The translations under genes were made by a program, and so were the position numbers. The notes beneath the pieces are model-generated. The model was not told where the DNA came from. It did no database searches and saw only the letters and a program-made list of their open reading frames with translations. Shown one piece after another: positions 19,246-28,665 of a stretch of 64,000 nucleotides of DNA. Each line of letters opens with the position of its first letter. Position 1 is the stretch's first letter. The stretch comes from an uncultured virus (IMG/VR IMGVR_UViG_3300031758_000014) (Duplodnaviria > Heunggongvirae > Uroviricota > Caudoviricetes): IMG/VR virus record IMGVR_UViG_3300031758_000014; one strand, given 5' to 3'.

Positions 19246-19466
19246 AACCCAAGTTCTTTTAGTTTCTTATCTCTCCATTCTTTGAGAGTTATAAATCTAT
19301 TAAAATTATAAATACCAATTACACCACTATCATTTTTAATGGATATACTTGAATTTAATTTATAATTATCAATTCTTTTAATTGTATATCCTTTACCATA
19401 AGTTAATTTCTGTTTCTTACCATGATCAGATGAATCAATACAAAAAACAATATCACCTTCTTTCAT
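19242..19466 (-). CDS. DUF6501-like protein with tail
   Basis: FCID...LTYGKGY...IKNDSG; ends WRDKKLKELGL. Confidence 0.75.
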   Translation of the reverse strand: MKEGDIVFCIDSSDHGKKQKLTYGKGYTIKRIDNYKLNSSISIKNDSGVIGIYNFNRFITLKEWRDKKLKELGL

Positions 19467-19492
19467 AAACCATATTAAAAGTAAATTATGTG

Positions 19493-19714
19493 TTATAGTT
19501 TTTCATATTCTTGTCCTGTTCTTAAAGGTTGAGTAGCTCCTAATCTATACTCTGTATATTCAACATTATTGAGATAAGGTAATAGAATACTTATTTGTGG
19601 AATTCCATCTATTATTTCATCTACATAAAAGTCAACCGGAATGATATTTACGGTTAATCTAATAATATCTCTTTTAGTAACTATTGGTTCGGTTGTTGAG
19701 TATTCTGTTATCAT
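19493..19714 (-). CDS. hypothetical protein
   Basis: 73 aa ORF. Confidence 0.6.
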   Translation of the reverse strand: MITEYSTTEPIVTKRDIIRLTVNIIPVDFYVDEIIDGIPQISILLPYLNNVEYTEYRLGATQPLRTGQEYEKL

Positions 19715-19726
19715 ATTAGTCTTTGT

Positions 19727-20023
19727 TTAATAAAAATACTCTTTATAATAATTTAAGGATAAATCCATGGAATCATATTCTTTATTCTCATCATCTAATA
19801 AACAAACATGTTCACCACAAAAGCCAAGTATTTTATATGATATACCTTTTGTGAAACCACCAAGTAATCCAGGTGCTTTAAGACTTTTTTTACAAGTTAC
19901 AAACTCACCTATATTTTTACCTATACTTTTCATAAAATCTTCATTCTGTTTTTTATGAAGATCAGATAAGTATCTATTTTTTAATCTTATCTTTTCTAAA
20001 GATTTCTTCTTAGAATTACTCAT
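19727..20023 (-). CDS. DUF6501-like protein, basic N-terminus, no tail
   Basis: MSNSKKKSLEK; FTKGISY...LLDDE. Confidence 0.65.
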   Translation of the reverse strand: MSNSKKKSLEKIRLKNRYLSDLHKKQNEDFMKSIGKNIGEFVTCKKSLKAPGLLGGFTKGISYKILGFCGEHVCLLDDENKEYDSMDLSLNYYKEYFY

Positions 20024-20028
20024 ATCCT

Positions 20029-20223
20029 TTAATGTTTATACAAATATAGGAAAATCTTCTCAATAAACCCCTTTCTTTTTAAAGAATTGTTCTTTGACCT
20101 CATCTCTCTAAATGATTTCGTCAAATCATCGATTTCTTTTATCCTATTCTTATCACGTTCGGAACTTCTCTTTTTTGAGAGAATTTTCATAAGTTCTTCG
20201 AAATCATTCGGTAAATCGTTCAT
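20029..20223 (-). CDS. hypothetical protein
   Basis: 64 aa ORF, ATGA-coupled. Confidence 0.6.
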   Translation of the reverse strand: MNDLPNDFEELMKILSKKRSSERDKNRIKEIDDLTKSFREMRSKNNSLKRKGFIEKIFLYLYKH

Positions 20224-20579
20224 ACACCAAGCTCATTTAACTTTTGATCTCTTATGATTCTTTTAAAGCTCCCATATATCATCTCATATCTTTCTTTATT
20301 AGATCCTAATCTATCATAACTATCAACATCAACCCAAATAACATCCCAATATTTATTAAACTCATGGAAAGTTTCTATTCTAATATATTTAGGGGTTCCG
20401 TCGGCATTCCAAACTTTTGGTCTTTCTTCTTCTTCATATCTTACACTTACAATATTTAGTTTATTTTCTAAATCTCTAACGTTTATTGTAATGGAACCAG
20501 GCATTGCCTTAGAAGTTCTTATTATATCTATGTTAAATTCTTCACCGGTTCTTTTTAATATAGCCCTAACTTTTATCAT
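20220..20579 (-). CDS. hypothetical protein with tail
   Basis: ends IRDQKLNELGV. Confidence 0.75.
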   Translation of the reverse strand: MIKVRAILKRTGEEFNIDIIRTSKAMPGSITINVRDLENKLNIVSVRYEEEERPKVWNADGTPKYIRIETFHEFNKYWDVIWVDVDSYDRLGSNKERYEMIYGSFKRIIRDQKLNELGV

Positions 20580-20866
20580 ATTCCAAGTTCATTTAGTTTT
20601 TGATCTCTTCTCCATTGAACTATAAAGTCATTAAAATTCATTTGTTCCATTTCACTTATACCACTTATGATTACTCTTACCCATGGACAATTCATTTGAG
20701 CATCAATAAAGGTATCGTAGTTATCAGTTCCTTCGGTATATTTTCTTATAGCATCTTCTAATATAGGTTTTGGATCTTCATCACCGGCATACATGAATAT
20801 TGCTATTACACCAGTGCCACCATTTTTAAGTGGGAATGTTGATTGGTTTATTCTTAAATCTTTCAT
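20576..20866 (-). CDS. hypothetical protein with tail
   Basis: ends RRDQKLNELGI. Confidence 0.75.
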   Translation of the reverse strand: MKDLRINQSTFPLKNGGTGVIAIFMYAGDEDPKPILEDAIRKYTEGTDNYDTFIDAQMNCPWVRVIISGISEMEQMNFNDFIVQWRRDQKLNELGI

Positions 20867-21114
20867 ATACCCAGTTCTTTAAGTTTCTCTTCTCTCATTG
20901 TCTCCACATCCAATTCGTATTCGTATGCATTTTCCCAGCCAGACATATCCTTTCCGTTGACCCACCATTTATCATAGTACCTCACGCGAACCTGATCGAT
21001 AACGAAGTTGGTGGATGTGTTCGGATCGACGTATTTCCTCATTTCTATTATTCTCATTTTAATGTGTGGTTTCATTACCATGTTTCTTATCTTAACCCAA
21101 TCTCCTACGTTCAT
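20863..21114 (-). CDS. KOW/SH3-like protein with tail
   Basis: MNVGDWVKI; ends MREEKLKELGI. Confidence 0.75.
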   Translation of the reverse strand: MNVGDWVKIRNMVMKPHIKMRIIEMRKYVDPNTSTNFVIDQVRVRYYDKWWVNGKDMSGWENAYEYELDVETMREEKLKELGI

Positions 21115-21344
21115 ATTCCTAATTCGTTTAATTTCTCATCTCTCATTCTCTCCACATCTACTACAAATTCATCTGCGGCTTCCCAGGACATTAAAGGTTC
21201 TCTATTTAATGTAGATCTATTATGGTACTTCACGAGTATTCGTCCGGATGATATATTAGTATCTGGTATTATCTGTATTATTTCCATTTTACCTTTACCA
21301 AATTTAAATCCGTTGATGGGTTTTATTAAGTCTCCTACTTTCAT
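21111..21344 (-). CDS. KOW/SH3-like protein with tail
   Basis: MKVGDLIK; ends MRDEKLNELGI. Confidence 0.75.
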   Translation of the reverse strand: MKVGDLIKPINGFKFGKGKMEIIQIIPDTNISSGRILVKYHNRSTLNREPLMSWEAADEFVVDVERMRDEKLNELGI

Positions 21345-21583
21345 ATACCAAGTTCATTTAGTTTATTATCTCTTTCTCTCTGAAAATTTCGGAACCTTTT
21401 CACATCATATATCTCCCTGGCCCTTCTATCGTTAATTATGAATATATAGGTTCTACCATTTAAATATTTAAGTGATTGTATCTCATATTGTTTACCTTCC
21501 GTTAGATATCTCCCTTCTGAGAATGGTATATTTGTTCCACCTTCTATACATACTACGATATCTCCTATTCTAAACTCATTCAT
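21341..21583 (-). CDS. DUF6501-like protein with tail
   Basis: VVCI...LTEGKQY...IIND; ends ERDNKLNELGI. Confidence 0.75.
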   Translation of the reverse strand: MNEFRIGDIVVCIEGGTNIPFSEGRYLTEGKQYEIQSLKYLNGRTYIFIINDRRAREIYDVKRFRNFQRERDNKLNELGI

Positions 21584-21927
21584 ATACCAAGTTCATTTAG
21601 TTTCCTTTCTCTAATAATATCTTTGAATTCATTTTCAAGTACTTCAAAGTCATCTAATTTGAAGTTTATCTTGTTAGACGTGACTTTTTCGCCAAGCCAA
21701 ATGGTAGTCCTACTCAAAGTTGTTTCGGAACCACTTGTGATATATGTAACGTTGTGTTCATTTTTTTTAAACCCCAGACTATATCTTTTTTCGAATCCAC
21801 TATGTTCTTCCGGATTGTATATGGTTATCGTGTATCTTCCATAAGAAAGGTAGATAAACTCATCTCTTATAATAGTGAGAGTGAATCCAATATCTTTTAC
21901 AAATTTTAAAAAGTCTTCTAACATCAT
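21580..21927 (-). CDS. hypothetical protein with tail
   Basis: ends IRERKLNELGI. Confidence 0.75.
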   Translation of the reverse strand: MMLEDFLKFVKDIGFTLTIIRDEFIYLSYGRYTITIYNPEEHSGFEKRYSLGFKKNEHNVTYITSGSETTLSRTTIWLGEKVTSNKINFKLDDFEVLENEFKDIIRERKLNELGI

Positions 21928-22151
21928 ATACCAAGTTCATTTAGTTTCCTTTCTCTTTCCAATTCAATCTTTATAAGTATAATCATTTCCATATACTCAA
22001 TCCAAGAATCCCATATACCAGTGTAAGCAACACCCTTCAATCCATTTATAAGAACTTTAATTTCTTCTATGGGTAGTTCATCAATCCATTTCTGTTTCTC
22101 TTCTCTACCTTTACTAGCAAACTCTGGTACTAACTCTTCATATGTTCTCAT
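21924..22151 (-). CDS. hypothetical protein with tail
   Basis: ends ERERKLNELGI. Confidence 0.75.
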   Translation of the reverse strand: MRTYEELVPEFASKGREEKQKWIDELPIEEIKVLINGLKGVAYTGIWDSWIEYMEMIILIKIELERERKLNELGI

Positions 22152-22184
22152 ATTCCTAATTCTTTTTAGTGATTAACAAATTTT

Positions 22185-22376
22185 TTATAAATACCCATCC
22201 CATTCAAACTTAACATCTTCTAGTTTGAAATCAATATCATAAATATCTTTCAATATCTTTACAGCATGTTGAGCATATGTCATCCTATTCATTTCTAAAC
22301 GGTGATGATTACCATTAACTATCATAGTCATTTCTTCCCCTAAGAAGGAGTGACTTTCAATAAATTTTATTTCCAT
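22185..22376 (-). CDS. hypothetical protein
   Basis: 63 aa ORF. Confidence 0.65.
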   Translation of the reverse strand: MEIKFIESHSFLGEEMTMIVNGNHHRLEMNRMTYAQHAVKILKDIYDIDFKLEDVKFEWDGYL

Positions 22377-22378
22377 AA

Positions 22379-22621
22379 CTACTTTAATAAATCATTAAGT
22401 TTAATTTCTCTCCACTCTTCTAGTGGAACTACTTCTTCTCTAGTATACCAAGATTCCTTACCTTTGTTGTTCTTTATAGAAAAATGTTCTTTTCCTTCTA
22501 TATCAAACAAAGATTTCATATTTGAAAAATCATATCTATAAAATCTTTGTTTGATATCATAGACTTTTCCCATAGTAAGTGGAATCTGATCCATATGGTT
22601 GTTTATACAAATAACTTTCAT
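22379..22621 (-). CDS. DUF6501-like protein with tail
   Basis: MKVICI...LTMGKVY; ends WREIKLNDLLK. Confidence 0.75.
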   Translation of the reverse strand: MKVICINNHMDQIPLTMGKVYDIKQRFYRYDFSNMKSLFDIEGKEHFSIKNNKGKESWYTREEVVPLEEWREIKLNDLLK

Positions 22622-22670
22622 TCTTCCTTTTTTGAATCAATATGTCTCACTTTATAGATGAATATCTTTT

Positions 22671-22892
22671 TCATATTCCTATCTCTTTTAGCCTTTTCTC
22701 TCTCCATTCATCTATCGGCATCACCGTGATCTTGCTGTACCAGTATGTGTTTCCCTCGTCGTCCTGTATTAGGTAGATCGGCTCTTCGGTGTTGTTGTCT
22801 TTCCCCTGTTCCAGCACGTCGTAGGCCTTTCCTGGGGTGAGGTCCCATTTGCAGTATCCAGGGTGGGATTTTCTTATGCAGATTGCTTTCAT
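22671..22892 (-). CDS. DUF6501-like protein with tail (GC-rich)
   Basis: MKAICI...LTPGKAY...IQDDEG; ends WREKRLKEIGI. Confidence 0.75.
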   Translation of the reverse strand: MKAICIRKSHPGYCKWDLTPGKAYDVLEQGKDNNTEEPIYLIQDDEGNTYWYSKITVMPIDEWREKRLKEIGI

Positions 22893-23113
22893 ATTCCTAA
22901 TTCATTTAATTGTTTCTCTCTCCATTCATCTAATGGAATTATAACTCTTCTCGTATAGTATGATCCATATCCAGCATCGTTAATAATAAAGAATCTCATT
23001 TTATCATCCGGGAATTTTATTTCTTTAGCTTTTTTAACGACATTATAGATCTTACCTAAAGTTAGTTCCATATAAGTATCACCGACGTATTCGTTTATAC
23101 AAATAGCTTTCAT
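22889..23113 (-). CDS. DUF6501-like protein with tail
   Basis: MKAICI...LTLGKIY...IINDAG; ends WREKQLNELGI. Confidence 0.75.
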   Translation of the reverse strand: MKAICINEYVGDTYMELTLGKIYNVVKKAKEIKFPDDKMRFFIINDAGYGSYYTRRVIIPLDEWREKQLNELGI

Positions 23114-23118
23114 ATGAT

Positions 23119-23397
23119 TTACTTTATAAATTCTTCAAAAATCTCGTCAATAGTTTTACCTTTTAAATTTTTAAGGTTGTCACCTAAGTATAAACCAAAT
23201 TGTTTCATATCTTCTTCGGTGTACATTTTTTCTGATTGCCATTTAGCACCAGCTTTGAAAGCATTTCTAACATCTTTATTATAATCTTCGGTGCTACCAT
23301 AATCTCCTTCATATAGATCTGGTGGATATAATTTAAGAGCAACTCCTTCTAAATTTTCATTACTTTCGTTATATCTGTGTAAATATTTCATAATCAT
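23119..23397 (-). CDS. protein with CTS-like leader
   Basis: MKYLHRYNES; AFKAGAKWQ phage motif. Confidence 0.7.
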   Translation of the reverse strand: MIMKYLHRYNESNENLEGVALKLYPPDLYEGDYGSTEDYNKDVRNAFKAGAKWQSEKMYTEEDMKQFGLYLGDNLKNLKGKTIDEIFEEFIK

Positions 23398-23407
23398 TAT
23401 TTATTTT

Positions 23408-23667
23408 TTAGTAATACTTATCGTAATTATCATCAATTGTTGAATTAAGAAACTCTAAAGCTTTCTCTTTTGAGACAGTTCCTCTAAGAGAACCAATATA
23501 CTTCAGTTCACCACCTTGTGTCTTTATATCCACTCTAACGAAATAACCTCCAGGTTTAGTATCCATTGCAATACTGCTTCTGGATATTTTTTTCTTAATT
23601 CACTTAATGAAAGCAACTCTTTATGAGATTGCTCTTTTAGCATCTTAAAATTTTTAATATACTTCAT
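23408..23667 (-). pseudogene. frameshifted gene with CTS-like leader
   Basis: MKYIKNFKMLKE...; -1 frame after A-run continues MDTKPGGYFVRVDIK...DKYY*. Confidence 0.55.
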
Positions 23668-23831
23668 TAGTTATATATTAAAATTCTTTTAATCATTTAT
23701 AAAAATCTTTAATTTTCTTCTAAGAGAATCTTTATACTTTTTAGGTGTCATTAAATATATAAATGATACAAAAATTATACAAAAAAACCAAAAAGATATG
23801 ACGATTAAGTATAATAGGTTATTAAATATTT

Positions 23832-24050
23832 TCATCTTTTAAGTATATTCTCTATCTTTTTATCTCGTTCTTCTTGTTTGTGTAAATAATCAAAATAATC
23901 ATATTTACTTTTAAACCCGTGTTTTCTTAAAACCTGAGTTTCATGTGAACGGAACTCGGTGTAACCACGAGTTGATTTCTCACCTAAATTTTTACAAATG
24001 TATTGATAGTCGTCGTAATCATCATACATTTTATCTAGTCCACTTCCCAT
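23832..24050 (-). CDS. hypothetical protein with tail
   Basis: ends ERDKKIENILKR. Confidence 0.7.
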   Translation of the reverse strand: MGSGLDKMYDDYDDYQYICKNLGEKSTRGYTEFRSHETQVLRKHGFKSKYDYFDYLHKQEERDKKIENILKR

Positions 24051-24060
24051 TATTTTATAT

Positions 24061-24510
24061 TTATTCTATTCCTAATTCTGATAATTTTCTATCTCTGATC
24101 TTTTTCTGATCAACAACTATCTCTACTATTCTCTTATCTATCCACTTCTCTTTCATAAAGTTAATTATACTAGGTCTGTTATTAGGATCTCTTGGATAAA
24201 GATCAAATGAAGAGAAATCAGTAGCAGTAACCTTAACACTATCTTTTGATACTTCTAAGATGGTTACCTCATAAGTTACTTTATATTCTATTTTAACAGG
24301 ATCTCTTTTCGGGTTGGTGTTTACAATCCCATAGTCCTTTATTATCCCAGTATCACCAGGCATTATATCAAATATCTCTTTTTCTTTTACAACTACCTTT
24401 TTAGCAGAATCTAATTCTGTTCTGAGTGTAGTGTTTTTATCAAGGAGGTTTGATATGGTTATAGCAGAGATTACCAGTGCTATAGACAAACATATAATAA
24501 CTATTAACAT
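24061..24510 (-). CDS. membrane-anchored protein with tail, paralog of 63138
   Basis: N-terminal TM; YEVTILEVS; ends IRDRKLSELGIE. Confidence 0.75.
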   Translation of the reverse strand: MLIVIICLSIALVISAITISNLLDKNTTLRTELDSAKKVVVKEKEIFDIMPGDTGIIKDYGIVNTNPKRDPVKIEYKVTYEVTILEVSKDSVKVTATDFSSFDLYPRDPNNRPSIINFMKEKWIDKRIVEIVVDQKKIRDRKLSELGIE

Positions 24511-24719
24511 ATTCCTAATTCATTTAGTTTTTCTTCTCTAATTTGTTGTATGGTTTTAAAAAAATCTTGACTTATAGTAATCCAACGATGTTTATCATCA
24601 CATATTATATATTTACCATTCTTAAATTGTTCAGTAAATACTTTGGGGTCGGCAATTCTATACCACTTACCAACTGTTATAGAACTAACATCATCATTAT
24701 TAATACAAAGTACTTTCAT
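24504..24719 (-). CDS. DUF6501-like protein with tail
   Basis: MKVLCI...ITVGKWY; ends IREEKLNELGIC. Confidence 0.75.
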   Translation of the reverse strand: MKVLCINNDDVSSITVGKWYRIADPKVFTEQFKNGKYIICDDKHRWITISQDFFKTIQQIREEKLNELGIC

Positions 24720-25086
24720 ATCTAATATGATTTGTATATAATATTCCTTCTAAACTCCTAAGAGCTTTAATACTTAATAAGTATTTTAAGTCAGACTTCA
24801 ATCTATAACATTCTTCTTTATGTGATATTTCTATGGTTTCTAAGATGGGTTTATTATGATAATTATAGAAATCATCATTAGATTTAATATCTATATTTAA
24901 AACATCTCCTTTAAAGTAGATATTAGTTATAATGAATGGCATAACCGGATTACTGAATAAGTAAAGATTAGGTTTATAACCCATTAAATCATCTCCACTT
25001 ATTTTTAATTTATTGTTTCTATCTAAATAGCTTAGAATTCTTTCTATCATTTCTAACTTTAGATTCTTGGTTTTTAAGACATTCAT
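24700..25086 (-). CDS. hypothetical protein
   Basis: 128 aa ORF. Confidence 0.65.
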   Translation of the reverse strand: MNVLKTKNLKLEMIERILSYLDRNNKLKISGDDLMGYKPNLYLFSNPVMPFIITNIYFKGDVLNIDIKSNDDFYNYHNKPILETIEISHKEECYRLKSDLKYLLSIKALRSLEGILYTNHIRYESTLY

Positions 25087-25427
25087 GATAATAATTGATT
25101 TAATTTTTCTTCTCTAAAAAAGGCTTTAATCTTTTCTTTATTAATTCTTAATGAATCTCCAGGTGCGAGTTTAGAATCTGGTGTAGTCCAAGTTAGTTTA
25201 CCATCATGGGTATACCAGAAGTAATCAGCAAGAGGTTCTCTTTTAAGAACATCATATATTTCTTCTAATGCTCCTTTAACTATATCATCTTCTAATTCTT
25301 TCTGAGTGCTTTGAGGCATTTTATTAAATGAATGTGTTATTTTATCCCAATACTTAATTGATTTTGGATAATTACTATCAATTACCCAATCAAAAAATGG
25401 TGTGTTAAAACAATCTTCTAAACTCAT
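25083..25427 (-). CDS. hypothetical protein with tail
   Basis: ends FREEKLNQLLS. Confidence 0.7.
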   Translation of the reverse strand: MSLEDCFNTPFFDWVIDSNYPKSIKYWDKITHSFNKMPQSTQKELEDDIVKGALEEIYDVLKREPLADYFWYTHDGKLTWTTPDSKLAPGDSLRINKEKIKAFFREEKLNQLLS

Positions 25428-25819
25428 AATATCGTCCTTAATAATTGATCTCTCTTATCTTCTAAGCTCTTACTAAACCAAATGGTTTTTCTATAAGCCA
25501 CTAATAGTTCTTTCCAATTTGGCATTTTATCCCAAACACCATACACATCCATAGAATCATCCCATAGAATTATATTTTGTATCTCTGGTTTATCTTCGAG
25601 TTTCCATGCCCAATAACCAACCTCTTTAGCTGTTATCATTAGTTTCTCACCAATTACTTTAATACCAGTTGCTTTGAAGTCATAATTATCATTACCAACT
25701 CTTACTTTAAAGTAATCGCCTTTCTTAACATTCTCTGTGGTTTCGAATTCAATATAAACACCACCAGATATTTTTTCTCTTCTGTTTGATGCCACTAATT
25801 CTGCTGTCAGTACTTTCAT
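25424..25819 (-). CDS. hypothetical protein with tail
   Basis: likely start MKVLTAE; ends KRDQLLRTIL. Confidence 0.7.
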   Translation of the reverse strand: MKVLTAELVASNRREKISGGVYIEFETTENVKKGDYFKVRVGNDNYDFKATGIKVIGEKLMITAKEVGYWAWKLEDKPEIQNIILWDDSMDVYGVWDKMPNWKELLVAYRKTIWFSKSLEDKRDQLLRTIL

Positions 25820-25823
25820 ATTC

Positions 25824-26276
25824 TTAGTATTCAAATCTTTTATCACAATCAAGTAATTGCTCAAACTCTTCTTCAGGAAGATAATCAAACTCTCCTATAA
25901 CAGTATTAACAAAATAAGATGCTCTTGAGTAATTGGAGTAGTTGTCTAATACTTCGGATAGGATCTTACCAATTTCTTTTAAAGGTTTGTTTTTTAGAAA
26001 TTTTATGATATCATTCATGTTCATTACTTCATGTGGTCCTTTATCATCATAACTGTAAGTGCCGAACTTTTGAATTGCTTTATCTATCTTATCAATAAGT
26101 AAAGAAGCATCTTCACTGATATTAGATGTTTGATTTTCTTTTAGTTTTTCTAAATACTCAGTTTCTAATCTAAGATAGGATTGTAATACTGCTTTAAGTG
26201 TAGGCATATTAATACCACCTCTTTGGTCATAAAGTTCTATCTTATCGATAAGTTGTTGCATTGGTGTTTTTTCCAT
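25824..26276 (-). CDS. hypothetical protein
   Basis: N-terminal module shared with 16283. Confidence 0.7.
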   Translation of the reverse strand: MEKTPMQQLIDKIELYDQRGGINMPTLKAVLQSYLRLETEYLEKLKENQTSNISEDASLLIDKIDKAIQKFGTYSYDDKGPHEVMNMNDIIKFLKNKPLKEIGKILSEVLDNYSNYSRASYFVNTVIGEFDYLPEEEFEQLLDCDKRFEY

Positions 26277-26310
26277 ATTCTTTAGATTTTATAACAAATA
26301 TAATAATTTT

Positions 26311-26541
26311 CTAGGATATTCCCAATTCTTTTATTCTAATTTCTCTCCATTTTTCTAGTGGCATTAAAACATCCTTGTAATACCATCTTTGTATACCAGC
26401 ATCATTTGTTACGACCCATGCTCCTTTATCTTTATCAAATAAATAACCGTTTTTATTTGAATCAACATTATATATTTTACCTGGTGTTAGTTTTACTTTA
26501 CGTCCAGCTAAGTCATAATCATCTATACAAATAACTTTCAT
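26311..26541 (-). CDS. DUF6501-like protein with tail
   Basis: MKVICI...LTPGKIY...NDAG; ends WREIRIKELGIS. Confidence 0.75.
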   Translation of the reverse strand: MKVICIDDYDLAGRKVKLTPGKIYNVDSNKNGYLFDKDKGAWVVTNDAGIQRWYYKDVLMPLEKWREIRIKELGIS

Positions 26542-26819
26542 TCTAATATCTTATTAAGTTTTTCATCTCTAAACATGGTATGGTTTATGAATAGTTCTTT
26601 CATAAACATACCGATATAATTATCATAAATATCAACACCATCAACTTTAAATCCTGTTGGTTCTGGTATAACTAATTCAGATGGTGTTGATTTACCTTCA
26701 CCAAATATTCTATATACTTTATTCATAAACTCTTCACCAACATACCATTTACCTTCTTCTACAAGAATGTTTTCTGTTCCTGATAATATAAAAGTTTTTA
26801 TACAGAATATTTTTTCCAT
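26538..26819 (-). CDS. DUF6501-like protein with tail
   Basis: FCIK...EEGKWY; ends FRDEKLNKILE. Confidence 0.7.
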   Translation of the reverse strand: MEKIFCIKTFILSGTENILVEEGKWYVGEEFMNKVYRIFGEGKSTPSELVIPEPTGFKVDGVDIYDNYIGMFMKELFINHTMFRDEKLNKILE

Positions 26820-27532
26820 TAGTGTTTGTGATTTATTACTTTAGTTTCTCCTTTTTGAACGTGTTCGCGTTCGTTAAGTATTCTTTTTATTTTTAGATTT
26901 CCTCTTCCTTGATTTATAAACAAACTTCTTTTATACATCTTTAAAAGTCTTTCAGTAGAGAGTTTATCAAGTTTTTTATCAATTGAAATATTAGTAAGAT
27001 CTTCTTTTTTTCGTTTACGTAAACAAACACCATCTACATATCTATGTTCGGTATCTCCTACTTTAACACTCCATAGTTGGTTACCACCAAGATATTGGTG
27101 TTTGAATGTTATAATACCATAGTGTCCATTGTAGTGTACTGGGTCTCCTATTTCAAAAGACTTTGAATATTCTTTCTTTGCTTCAATAACTTGACGATAA
27201 TCAAACTTATATTGTTTAGTTGGAGTTCTAAGTTCTTCTAATCGTTTTTGTTGTTCTTGTGTATAGATAATACTTTCTACATCAAATGATGGTAGTTCTT
27301 CTCTATCTGTTTTTAAGATGAAGTCTATAAGACTATCACGAACTTCAGCTTTTATATCAAGCATTTCACACTCAATAGTAAATTGTGGTTTGTTATTATA
27401 ATACTCTAAACTTATGTAAGTAATATCATAATATTTATCATCTTTAACTTTACTTTTCTCGATAGAAATCAATCTCCAAAAGTCTTTTATATTGGATCTA
27501 ATTTTATTTAGAATATTTTCATTATGTTCCAT
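26819..27532 (-). CDS. hypothetical protein
   Basis: 237 aa; internal KAEVRDSLIDFIL; FEIGDPV KOW-like segment. Confidence 0.75.
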   Translation of the reverse strand: MEHNENILNKIRSNIKDFWRLISIEKSKVKDDKYYDITYISLEYYNNKPQFTIECEMLDIKAEVRDSLIDFILKTDREELPSFDVESIIYTQEQQKRLEELRTPTKQYKFDYRQVIEAKKEYSKSFEIGDPVHYNGHYGIITFKHQYLGGNQLWSVKVGDTEHRYVDGVCLRKRKKEDLTNISIDKKLDKLSTERLLKMYKRSLFINQGRGNLKIKRILNEREHVQKGETKVINHKH

Positions 27533-27543
27533 GTGACAATATA

Positions 27544-27837
27544 TTATATTCCTAATTGATTTAATTTTATGTCTCTTATTTTCTCTTTTATGATATTTGT
27601 TATTATTTGGATATTACCACATAATTCTAAATCATAATAGGACTTATTAATTTCAAATGGGTGTTCAATAACCTTTATATTATAATAAGTAAGATCTTTT
27701 GTGTGTAGTTTCTTATGAATTAATTTTATATAATTACTTCTACGAACAGTTATAAATTCATCAATCCAACTCATGTATGATGTTTGTTGTTTATGAATTA
27801 AACTCAATGATTCCCAATACCATTTTTTATCTTCCAT
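27544..27837 (-). CDS. hypothetical protein with tail
   Basis: ends IRDIKLNQLGI. Confidence 0.7.
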   Translation of the reverse strand: MEDKKWYWESLSLIHKQQTSYMSWIDEFITVRRSNYIKLIHKKLHTKDLTYYNIKVIEHPFEINKSYYDLELCGNIQIITNIIKEKIRDIKLNQLGI

Positions 27838-27859
27838 TAGTATTATGAAGTATATCTAT

Positions 27860-28201
27860 TTAATTAAATGAATAGATGAAACTTTCTTCGAAGTCATAGT
27901 TGTTAGCCATTTCTCTTAATTTATCAACTGTAATAGAATTATAAAAATCTTCACCTCTACCTACTACATCATAAACTAAATCACCCCAACTATCATCACC
28001 AACACTGATACCTGGTCCGCCATCATGTCCTAACCAAGCTGATTCATATTTTTTGAATAGAATGTTTGCTTTCTCATTTACAAATTCTTCTATTTCTCTT
28101 TGGTTATCTAAACCAGATAATTCATTTTGAATTCTTTCATAATCATGATCTGATTTCCATTTAAGACCTTCGATTACTTTCCAAATTTCTTTCTCACTCA
28201 T
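27860..28201 (-). CDS. hypothetical protein (DUF4240-like?)
   Basis: W..IE...W; SVGDDSWGDL..DVVGRGEDFY. Confidence 0.6.
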   Translation of the reverse strand: MSEKEIWKVIEGLKWKSDHDYERIQNELSGLDNQREIEEFVNEKANILFKKYESAWLGHDGGPGISVGDDSWGDLVYDVVGRGEDFYNSITVDKLREMANNYDFEESFIYSFN

Positions 28202-28239
28202 ATCTTATAATATTATTATTACAAATATACTAAAAAATA

Positions 28240-28665
28240 TTATATACCAAGTGAATTAATTTTATAATCTCTATCAAACTCTTTTACAATTCTTTTAAAG
28301 TCGTCTGTTAATCTAAATGCTTCATCATCTATTAAACATTGGTTTAGGAATATGTCTTTATTTAATTCCATTTCAGTTACAATCACTTCATCAAAATCTT
28401 TAATCTTATCATACTTATTTAATAAGGTTTGATATTGATAAGATTCTTTCCAGATGAATTCATCATCATAATGATCAAACCATTGATCACTTTTTGGATC
28501 CCAATTGTCAGGCTCATCTAATATAGTTGAATAAGTTCTGTGGAATGTTCTCCATTTTTCAGCAATCTCATTTGCTTTATCTTTATCGGTGAAAAGACCA
28601 ATAGTTATTAGTTGTGATCCTTCAAAATCACTATACATTATTTCTACTTGCCAAATCTTACTCAT
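28240..28665 (-). CDS. hypothetical protein with tail
   Basis: ends DRDYKINSLGI. Confidence 0.7.
   Translation of the reverse strand: MSKIWQVEIMYSDFEGSQLITIGLFTDKDKANEIAEKWRTFHRTYSTILDEPDNWDPKSDQWFDHYDDEFIWKESYQYQTLLNKYDKIKDFDEVIVTEMELNKDIFLNQCLIDDEAFRLTDDFKRIVKEFDRDYKINSLGI

Noticed and set aside
18564..22151. Tail explained solely as a Shine-Dalgarno (AGGA) for the next gene
   Set aside because: AGGA is only about 2 nt from the ATG, is often replaced by TGGT/TGGG, and the tail persists on genes with no coupled downstream ORF.
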